Origin: Eledone cirrhosa
Taxonomy: Eukaryota
DNA: 64,000 bases
Assembly: GCA_964016885.1 (NCBI GenBank)
Contig: OZ024743.1
Coordinates: 166,408,001-166,472,000 of the forward strand
Reading direction: 5' to 3'
Position 1 is the first letter of the stretch, and each line of letters begins with the position of its first letter. A program made the position numbers and the translations under genes. The notes below the pieces were generated by a model that saw nothing but the letters and a program-made list of their open reading frames with translations, ran no database searches and was not told the origin of the DNA. Below, piece after piece: positions 54,411 through 64,000 of the stretch.

Positions 54411-56292
54411 TCACCAATTTAGAACGTGTATTTTGGTTGTGAATGTTAATATCTGTGTGTGTATTGTATCACAGAGAGTAACCGAAGCAGTCCAAGGGTA
54501 ATTATCATACGACGTTTTTTGATATATAATTTATTTACAAAGATGAGAAGTTGAGTTAGCTGTTAAGCTGTTAGCTTCAAAGCGAAGCGGGAATTTTTCT
54601 CTTTCGGCGGAAGTTGAAATACATCTTCCTACGCTGGTAGCGACTGGCTGAACTGAGCCAAACGATGTACGGAGAATGTATTCAAGAGCCGTCAGACTGT
54701 AGGTCACTACAATACCCCTTATTTAGTCTGGAAGACGATATATAAGATTGAATTAGCAGGAAAAACGCCGAAAGAGAGCACATCAATGAAAAAATTGAAC
54801 AAAAGAATGCATGCAAGAAGAAAAATGAGGCGTTAAAGGCTGTGTTGAGCCGCTGTGTCAAATGACTAGCTGTTTTGCTATTTATGCGTGACCACCCGGG
54901 GTCTAACAGAAAACGGATAAAGTCTGACATGGGAAAAGTTGCTGTTCTTACATTAAATGTTAGCTGTTTTTGGTAAGTGTTGTACCAGAGCTGTGGATGA
55001 AGCTGTTATGGTAGTTTACCCGTAGCTGTTGTCAATGATGGTGCTGTTCATGCTTTACCAGAGCTGTATAGCTGTTATGGTAAGTGTTATACCAGAGCTG
55101 TGTAGATGGAACTGTTATGGTAAATGTTGTAGCAGAGCTGGCAAGAAGATGATGGACAGGCGAGAAATTGTCGGCCTCCCAGGTGAATTGTCGGAAGTGC
55201 TAGGCAGCCAGGAAAAAATGGCTAAAGTTGCTTTGAAAAGAAAAAAGCAAGTTGAATCTGTAGGTGGATAGTAGTTGAAGCTGTAATTCTGGCGATTCGT
55301 CGGAGAAATGGTGGAAATGCTGACAGGTCCAGTTCCATGTATGCTTTGGACGACGATCGAAGTCGAAGGCTGAAGACAAATTTAGAGTCACCAATATTAT
55401 GAACGCCACGTCTGACGCCATAGTTGTGAGAAGACTGTGAGGAAGCAGTGAACCTTCAGTAAATAATTGATGGTCAGAAGGTGTGGTGGTTGCGTCGGTA
55501 AGGCTATAAAGCTGTCACATAGTTATTCCCTATTGTGGTTAGTGGTTAACCATGTGTTGCTGTGCTGCTGCTGATTTTGCTGATAGTTGATGGTAGCCAT
55601 GTTGAAAAAAAAAATTTACCTCTCGCTGTAATTTTTTAAAAGACAGCTAATTTTTTTCTCAAATAATGTTTTCTCGGGCGGGTGCGTTGAAGTTAAACCA
55701 CATGTTGTGCTGTTATCAACAAAAAGGGTTTTTACAAGGTGCTGATACAATACAAGAAAGCTTGCGTGTTATTCTTTAAAAATACTACTTCTATTTTTTT
55801 TTTAAAGGAACATTTAGTTCCCACGGCTGGGTCACCAATTTAGAAGAGTGTATTGTATCATTAAAGTCACAGTTGAAGCAGTTAAAAGGGAATGTTGTGG
55901 CAAATATCATCATAAGGCATTACGACGTTTTTTGATATATAATTTATTTACAAAGATGAGAAGTTGAGTTAGCTGTTAGGACATGTCATAAGAAATGAAA
56001 TAAAACAAATTAAGATGCTGTAAAAGGAATACGCAGACCGGCGGTTAATATGGGGCCACGGCGCGGTAATTGTTCGATAGCTATATTTTGGAAAGTTTGT
56101 TGAGCAATATCAAGAGATGTTTACCTTGGCGGTGACGAGATTCAAAGAGAAAGATTTTCGAAGCGAAGCGGGAATTTTTCCCTTTCGGCGGAAGTTGAAA
56201 TACATCTCCCTACGCTGGTAGCGATTGGCTGAACTGAGCCAAACGACGTACGGAGAATGTATTCAAGAGCCGTCAGAATGTAGGTCACTACA
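54411..56292 (-). mobile_element. Non-coding LTR element (TRIM/LARD-like)
   Basis: Both LTRs begin TGTAGTGACCTACA on the minus strand (56292 and 54711). PPT aaataaggggtat precedes the 3' LTR. PBS-like TGGTGACCCAGCCGTG follows the 5' LTR. Confidence 0.8.
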
Positions 56293-56327
56293 GGTTTGTG
56301 CATATAGTAGTGATAAAAAGTAATAAT

Positions 56328-56672
56328 AATTGTTTCTACTTTTGGCACAAGGCCAGAAATTATTCCAGTGTATTACTGGTACTTTATTTTATCGACCCCG
56401 TAAAGATGAAATGGAAAGTTAACCTCGGCGGGATTTGAACTCAGATCATAAAGGGACGTAACTGTGCTGCAAAGCATGGCGTCCGACCCTCTACCGATAC
56501 TGCCAATCCACAATAATAATGGTTTCTGATTGGGGGGGGGGGGGGGTCGATTAAATCGACCCCTGTGCGTAAGGTTGAAAGCCAAAGTTAACCTCAGCGG
56601 GATTTGAACTCAGATCATAAATAGCCATAACTCTATGCTGCAAAGCATGGCGTCCGACCCCTGCCAATCTAC
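56328..56672 (-). mobile_element. Two tandem Nin-domain SINEs
   Basis: Same family as 5316. Confidence 0.85.
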
Positions 56673-59044
56673 CACTATAGAAAGTAATGATAATAATAAT
56701 TGTACGATATAGAAATCCGACAGACATAGACAGGTACACATAGACGTACAGACGCACACGGACATATATATATCCATACATACATACAAATACACAAACC
56801 CCCACACACGCATAAGTATATAAACAAACACATATTGATGACTGTATCGATGCCCCGACACTCACCCAAGAACAGCTCGACTGCTTTCTCTCTTTCCACT
56901 ACTCCTTCAATCCCGCCCTCCACTTCACCACCTCCATCTCCACCACTTCTTTTCACTTCTTAGACATGTCCGTCACCATTGACCCCTTCCACCGCTGACT
57001 CATTACCTCCGCCTTCTTTAAACCCACCGACTCACACCAAACACTTAATTCCCTACTCCCAACTTCTCCGAATCCGCTGCCTTTCAGCCGAAATGACGAC
57101 TTCAAAACCCAGGTCCTTTATCTAGTCCACCATTTCACTCGGAGGGGTTACACCCCTCCCTTGAGCAAGCCGCCCTCATCCACACCCGCGCTTTTCACTG
57201 CGAAACCACACTCACCCCATGCATTCGCCCCACCCACCTTCTCCCTTTCCTCCTCACCTACCATCACGCCACCTTACCTCTCCAATGGACCATCCTACGG
57301 CTCCACCGTCGCCTCCAGTCAGACCCCACCACCTTCCCACCTTCAAACGCACACACAACCTCTTCAATCTCCTCCCCAGATCCCTCCCCTGCTCCCGACC
57401 CCGTTTCCACACCTGCCCTCACATCACCAACACCTCTACCTTCCAGGGGTCTAACGGTCACTCCCTCCATGTCCAGCATTCATTTCGCTGCACCTCCTCC
57501 AGCCTTGTCTACAGACTCCGTTGCACGGAATGCGGAGCGACCTATGTCGGACAGACGGGACACCGTTTGGCCGACCGGTTCGCCGAACACCTCTGCGACA
57601 TCCGCTTCGGCTCCCGTTTCCCCATCGCCCGGCACTTCTGCTCCGCCAGTCATTCCGCTTGCAATATATCCGTCTGCGGCCTGATTCCGCGCTCCGGAAC
57701 CCCGGATTCACGACTAAGGGTCGAGCATCATACCATTTTCCGGCTTCAGACCGGGACTGCCACTGGTGTGAACACCCCACCCATCTTCCTTTTGCCCCCT
57801 ACACCCCCATCCCGACAGAGACCACTAATTCTCCTAACTGACCACCACCCCCACCTACTACTAATTTCACTAACCAACCCATCCCACCACCCCCACACAA
57901 TCCTGCACACACACCCTGCCGTCACCGTCTACCCACTGACCGACCTCTTCCACTAACCTCCTCCCACCTCACCACCTCTTCTCTCAACCCTCCACAACCC
58001 ACATTCTCCCACCCTACACCACCTACACCTATCACCCCCCACACAAATCTGCACACACACACCCTGCCCTCACCGTCTACCTACTGACTGACCTCCTCAC
58101 ACCTCACCACCCACTCACACCTTTGTATCTCCCACCTCTCCCTTCGACCCCTACTAACGCCACTAACGTCAACAACACCTTGCCACCCCACTAACAATTA
58201 ACCTGCCAAATTCACCCCCTCCTTCACCCCACTTAACACCCTCTAATTCCTCCCATCCACATCTCCTACCACACACTTGTTTAGGTTCATTTCATCCGAA
58301 AACTACACAAAAACATACACGCACTTATACCCTGAAACACACAGACCCTGTGCATACACGTATGTATATATCTAAACAACAAGAGAGAGGGTCTGTCCTA
58401 CACACATCGACAATATCTACACGTAAAACCACTGGGTTACATACACACACACAAACACATACTGTTATATACACATACATATACACACCTGCCTGTACAC
58501 ACAACCTCTGACTCCTCCACACATACGTTTCCTCACACACAGATATAGAAACCACAATCACCTCTCACACACTTGTCCTGTTTTCTCTACTTCCCCCTCC
58601 CACCCTTTCTGCTTTGACTGACCACTCCTTCCGGTTGCGTGCGCCACCCTTCTATTTCACTTCCCTTTTCCATATTCTTCGCCATCAACCTTGGATTTGA
58701 CCACGTTATCCTATCCATCGATGTCCAGACTCTGACCATCCACACACACACACACCCACACCCATACAGGAACATACACACACACAGACATGTACACCAT
58801 TTCCACACACCAATACACTAATCCACACCAATATACATACCACTCACATGTCTCTAGTTACTATTTAACAAACGTTCACACACACTCGCTTCTTTTCAGA
58901 CACACATACTTACATCCACACACTCACACACACACTCATATCTACACATACACACACACTTAACCCTCCATCGTCTCTTCCTAGACAGACACTACCACAC
59001 CCATGCCATCTCCCACCCTCCTCCCTGGACCTATAAACCCTACC

Positions 59045-59158
59045 GCTTTTATTTTCATTTTTATTTTTATTTTTATTTTTATTTTTATTTTTATTTTTAT
59101 TTTTATTTTTATTTTTATTTTTATTTTTATTTTTATTTTTATCCTTATTTTTTATTTG
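59045..59158. repeat. (TTTTTA)n hexamer run
   Basis: Direct reading. A similar run sits at the same position in the second Neptune-like copy (61930-61990). Confidence 0.9.
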
Positions 59159-59233
59159 TTACATTGTAAATTCTCTCCTTATAACCCTCCTTACTCCGTC
59201 TAGGGGTTCCTGTCTCCCCCCCCCTATCCGAAA

Positions 59234-59269
59234 TTTCCTGATGAAGGACTTCTGTCCGAAACTTTGAAA
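59234..59269 (+). ncRNA. Minimal PLE hammerhead, stem III degenerate
   Basis: tttc-CTGATGA-a-ggac(ttct)gtcc-GAAAC-ttt-gaaa. Confidence 0.6.
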
Positions 59270-59323
59270 CCTCCTCCACATAACTGTGTACAATTGCCTG
59301 GTGTGTTTTGTTCGTTCATTTTC

Positions 59324-59372
<49 letters not shown>

Positions 59373-59517
59373 CACATTCACACGTGTGTCTGTGTGTGCG
59401 TGCCCATATACAGGTATATACAGAAATACACCTGCACATACATGGAGGCGCGGGGACACACACACCGGTATGCACTCGCACGCACACTTGTACAAATATA
59501 TATATATATATATATAT

Positions 59518-60410
59518 ATTGTGTATGGTTGACGGTATATTTAGTCGATTTTCACGTGCTGTTGAAATGTTGGGTAAATATTCTATGGCGGTCGGCCGCG
59601 AAGAGATTGCTGTCGTTTATTTATCTTATATTTCTTCATAGGTGCTTTTAATCTTATGGCTTGGTCTAATTGATTTTTTATGTGGTTGATTATGCTAATT
59701 GGGAGAGGAAATGGTGTATATATATTATCAAATGATTCTATGGACATACTTTATGGTATATTGCTCTGATTATTTAATTTATTAATTCATCATTGAACCA
59801 CATCGTGAATGGTTGCCAAAACATATATATCTGTGACTTTGTTTAGTTTGTGTATATGTAAATCTTTATATTTAATAATCTCCCATTAGGTTGAGATACA
59901 ATTTGGGCAATATTGGGCTGCGCTTTCTAGCAACCAGCCCACTCGCCGTAAGCAGCCAATCACATTCTTTCTGACTTGACCACTGCCACGTCACGATTTT
60001 TAGCTATTTTGAATTTATTTCTGGCGGGGATCATTTTAGAAAATTACTTGTCTTATGAGTTTGTTTCCTGACGAGTTCGAGCTCGAGATTTTATCCTTAA
60101 TAAGATATCTCAAAATGCGAACGAAACCCGAGGGTAGAGATATAATCCTGGTAAGTGTGTACGCATTTCTTCTAACTTTAATTTTATACCTAATTGTGTA
60201 TGGTTGACGGTATATTTAGTCATTTCCACGTGCTGTTGAAATGTTGGGTAAATATTCTATGGCGATCGGCCGCGAAGAGATTGCTGTCGTTTATTTATCT
60301 TATATTTCTTCATAAGTGCCTTTTAATCTTATAGCCTGGTCTAATTGATTTTTTATGTGGTTGATTATGCTAATTGGGAGAGGAAATGGTGTATATATAT
60401 ATTATCAAAT
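59518..60410 (+). mobile_element. ORF-less partial-tandem element (675-bp period, ~215-bp direct repeats) containing an HHR
   Basis: 59518-59732 is repeated at 60193-60410. Confidence 0.8.
60063..60141 (+). ncRNA. Type I hammerhead ribozyme, canonical core, extended stem II
   Basis: gtttc-CTGACGA-gttcg..cgaac-GAAA-cc(cgag)gg-TA-gagat. Confidence 0.8.
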
Positions 60411-60698
60411 GGTGTATATATATATTAGGAAATGGTGTATATATATATTAGGAAATGGTGTATATATATATTATCAAATTTATGGTATATAATCACAGAT
60501 ATTTTTTATTTGTTTGACCCGAATTACTTGATCGTTTTTTTTTTTGGCTATGCGAATGATTGTTTAACCATCGTCTCAGTGTGTTTGGCCTTTAACGTTT
60601 GTTATAGCTCTGGTTCATCTGAATCATTGAGCACTTGCCACACATCTCGGAGGTTGTTTTTCGTTATTTCGTTGGCCGAAATGCGATTCTCGATAATT

Positions 60699-60787
<89 letters not shown>

Positions 60788-60836
60788 GTGAGGTTTTTTA
60801 TGTGAGAAAAACCACAGACCCTCCATCTCAACTCTA

Positions 60837-60872
60837 CTTTTGAAAAGCAGAAGAACTGCGAAACCGGTAAAG
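60837..60872 (+). ncRNA. Minimal hammerhead, U3:A8 covariant core
   Basis: ctt-TTGAAAA-gcag(aagaa)ctgc-GAAA-ccgg-TA-aag, with AATAAA at 60879. Confidence 0.65.
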
Positions 60873-61235
60873 GAACCAAATAAATATATATATATATATT
60901 TTAAATAAGACTCCAGTTGCACTTTCGATTTCATCTTTTTTTCTCTATCTCTCTCTCTCTCTATATATATATATCAAAGGTATATATTGAGTTAGGAACT
61001 CAAAATAGTCTCTTACAATAAAATAGCTCTAAGAAAGAGATATTTCCGAGCCGTATATTATAATAGAATATAAAAGAAAAACGAACACAGATATATAGAT
61101 ATATGTGTTCAAATCGTAAGGGACCAGATTCGCTAAGGTGAAAAGAATACTAACTATAGACAATAGGGTTTGCTTGACTCAATTTAAGAAAAAAATCAAG
61201 AAAATAAATACAAACCGGAATTGTGGTAACTACCA

Positions 61236-61313
61236 ATCACCCAGACAACTTGGTGTTGTTTCGCAATGTTAATTGTGAATAGAATTACCAATTCAAGCTC
61301 ATCAGTGGGTGAT
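61236..61313 (-). ncRNA. Type I hammerhead ribozyme, fully canonical (GUC site)
   Basis: atcaccca-CTGATGA-gc..gc-GAAA-caac(accaa)gttg-TC-tgggtgat. Confidence 0.88.
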
Positions 61314-61372
61314 GAATTAGTATCGTAGACACTTCTAAGTATATTAAGAAACTGAATAGTGTGCTATATATA

Positions 61373-61450
61373 ATCACCCACTGATGAGCTTGAATTGGTA
61401 ATTCTATTCACAATTAACATTGCGAAACAACACCAAGTTGCCTGGGTGAT
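61373..61450 (+). ncRNA. Mirror hammerhead with U16.1>C (GCC site), probably impaired
   Basis: Identical to 61236-61313 except gttg-CC. Confidence 0.8.
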
Positions 61451-61634
61451 TGGTAGTTACCACAATTCCGGTTTGTATTTATTTTCTTGATTTTTTCTTA
61501 AATTGAGTCAAGCAAACCCTATTGTCCATAGTTAGTATTCTTTTCACCTTAGCGAATCTGGTCCCTTACGATTTGAACACATATATGTATATATCTGTGT
61601 TCGTTTTTCTTTTTTTTTCTTTTATATTCTATTC

Positions 61635-61727
<93 letters not shown>

Positions 61728-61744
61728 AAAATGGAACGGGAACA

Positions 61745-64000
61745 AAACAGAGAGGCAGTACGAACAAAGGTTTATTAGTTTCACGCTCTTGAGAGTGAGG
61801 GGGGACGACGTTTCGGGCATAAGCCCTTCTTCAGGCGAAAAGTGTGTGGGAAGAGAGTTCCGAGGGTGTGTAGGGGAGTGGGGGAGAGACATTTAGAAAA
61901 AGGGGGGAGGAAAAACGGTGGAAGGGGTACAAATAAAAATAAATATAAAAAAAATAAAAATAAAAATAAATATAATAAAAATAAAAATAAACATGAAGAT
62001 AAACAAGTGGTGGAAGGGTGTAGGGGTGGTGGAGGGTGAAGTGGGGATAGGGAGGCGGGGTGTCCGAGCGGGGAGGGCTGAAGGTGGTGTATGTGTGTAG
62101 GTGTACGTGTGTGTGTATGTGAATGTGAGAGTTGGGGGAAGAACGAGGTTCCATGTTCAGGAAAAGGTGTGGGTGGGATGTAGGTCGGTGTGTGTGTGGT
62201 CGGTGTGTGTGTGTATGCGCGTGTGGATGGGGATGGGTCAGAGGGGTGGGGGAGGATTCCGGAGGCTGAGTGTGTATATATGTGGCGGTACGCACGCGTC
62301 TGTGGTGTTTATACGTATTGTGGAGTAGGTGGCGTGGTTGGAAAAAAAATGTTTGTGAGTGTATGTCCGTGGGTAAGTTCCTAAGGTAGTTTCGTAGAGG
62401 GTGTGGTGAGGTGCCGGATATTTTCCTTGTGATGGAGTTGATGGTGGGAACGATGGCCGATGTGTGTAATCCGTGGTTGTGTTGGTCGGAAGAGGGGAGA
62501 TGTGGGATGCACGCGCAACAGGAAGTGATCAGAGGGTCAAGGTAGGAGGAGAATGACAGGTGGAGAGGGCTGTGTGTCTGTGTGTGCGAAGTGGTCAGAG
62601 GGTCAAGGCATAGCAACAGTCGAGGAGAATGGCAGGTGGAGAAAGTCAGTGTGTCAGTTTGTGCGGAGGTGCGGTGGACAGGAGAGAGGATGGGTAGGGG
62701 TGAAAGGGGGAGTGGGGGGCTGTGTATTAGTAGAGGTGTTAGTGGGATGTGTGCGTGTGAAGGGGTGTGGGTGGAGCGGGGAGAGGGAGAGAAAGGTGTG
62801 GGGGACGGTGGAGGGAGTGTAGTGTACTGGTGTGTGTGTGTGCGTGTTTGGATGAGTGTGTGTGTGTGGTGAAGGGGGTGCTAGTGGGTGTTAGTATACT
62901 GGTGGTGGGGAAAGGGTTGAATTCGGGTGTGTTAGTGGGGGTCAGTGGTGGTAGGGTGTGTAGAGTGGATGGTGTAAATGGGTGTGGGTGGGTGTGTGTC
63001 TTCGTGTGGGTGGGGTCGGGGGGGATGTTAGTGGTATTAGTTGTGGGGTGGTGGGAGTGGATGTGTGGGTGAGGGTTAGTGGTGGTAGTAGGGTGTGTGG
63101 ATAGTGTGAGTGCGTGTATATATGTACCGGTGCGTGTGTGCATGATAGGGGGAGGGAGAGGGAGAAGGGGGTGGGGGGGTTGTATTGTTAGTTGGGGGAG
63201 GGTGGTCGGGAGTGGTGGGGGTGTTAGTATTGTTAATTGTTGTGTGGGCGGTGAAAAGGAGGAGTGTGTTAGTGGTGTTAGTGGGGGATATGTGGGGGGG
63301 GGGGGGGTCGAAGGCTAAAGGAATAGGGGTGGGGAGTTCAAGCCGGGGGGTCTGCAGGGTGAAGATGGTGTGTTGTTCGACCCTGAGGAGGGTGGCGGGT
63401 GTTCCGTGGCATTGGAGTAGGCCACACACTGTGAGGTGGTGCGCGGAATGTCCAGGGGAGCCAAAGTGGCGGGCGATGGGGGAACTCCCGCCGAGACGAA
63501 TATCCCGGAGGTGTTCGGTGAAACGGTCCGCCAGGCGACGTCCAGTCTGCCCGACTTAGGTTGCGCTACACTCCGTGCAGCGAAGTCCATAGACTAGGTT
63601 GGAGGAGGTGCAGCGGAAAGCGTGCCGGACAGAGAGAGAGTGGCCGTTGGGACCCTGGAAGGTGGTGGTGTTGGTGATGTGGGGACAGGTGTTGCAACGA
63701 GGCCTGGAACAGGGAAGGGAACCGGGGGGGAGTTGCGGGTGAGGAGGGTGCGGAGAATCCGTGCGCGTTTGAATGAGGGGAGTGGTGGGGCTGGGAAGAT
63801 GTGGGAGGTGGAGGGGTCGGACTGGAGGCGTCGGAAGAGGCGGAGGATGGTGCGGTGGAGGGGTAGGGTGGTAGGTGATAGGGAAGGGGAGACGGTGGGT
63901 GGGTGTGCGGTGGCGTGGGGTGAGGGCGGTGGAGCGGTGGACAGCACGGGCGCGAGTGAGGGCGGTGTGGACGAGGGGGGGGGGACCTCTGCGGATGAAA
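61745..64000 (-). mobile_element. Second Neptune-like Penelope element, runs off the window
   Basis: LQSDPSTSHIFPAPPLPSFKRA, PCSRPRCNTCPHI, LVYGLRCTEC and RLADRFTEH. Confidence 0.9.
61805..61836 (-). ncRNA. Minimal PLE hammerhead
   Basis: gc-CTGAAGA-a-gggc(ttat)gccc-GAAACGTC-gt. Stem I is weak. Confidence 0.65.

Larger units (their letters stand above)
56850..59330 (+). mobile_element. Penelope-like element (Neptune-like): RT C-terminus, GIY-YIG, long 3' region
   Basis: FHFLDMSV, FKPTDSH, PCSRPRFHTCPHI and LVYRLRCTECGATYVGQTGHRLADRFAEH. Ends in (TA)n. Confidence 0.9.
61062..61633. repeat. Near-perfect inverted repeat (~255-bp arms, 59-nt spacer)
   Basis: 61062-61313 is the reverse complement of 61373-61633. 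Confidence 0.95.

Noticed and set aside
57800-63320. Pro/His/Thr-rich and Gly/Val-rich ORFs
   Set aside because: They come from low-complexity, strand-biased 3' regions of the PLEs.

Overview
Eukaryotic, repeat-dense DNA, most likely from a coleoid cephalopod (Octopus-like), judged from the SINE and RTE families, the microsatellite load and the GT-AG introns. Most ORF-track entries are transposon debris or microsatellite translations. The one host gene I can support is TTF2/lodestar on the minus strand: three small exons (19153-19180, 14076-14184, 9617-9697) splice in frame into the N-terminal zinc-finger region. A possible divergent first exon lies at 20424. The rest is mobile DNA: many RTE LINEs, a CR1, L1/Tx1 fragments, a Buster-type hAT transposase, a decayed Gypsy, a non-coding LTR element, nested Helitrons, Nin-domain SINEs and Penelope-like elements (PLEs) resembling at least three clades. 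The most striking signal is non-coding: about ten hammerhead ribozyme (HHR) motifs. Six lie within 2.6 kb (59234-61836). They sit in PLE ends, in long fold-back palindromes carrying one HHR per arm, and in ORF-less partial-tandem units that resemble retrozymes. Coordinates were read by eye and TE boundaries are approximate.
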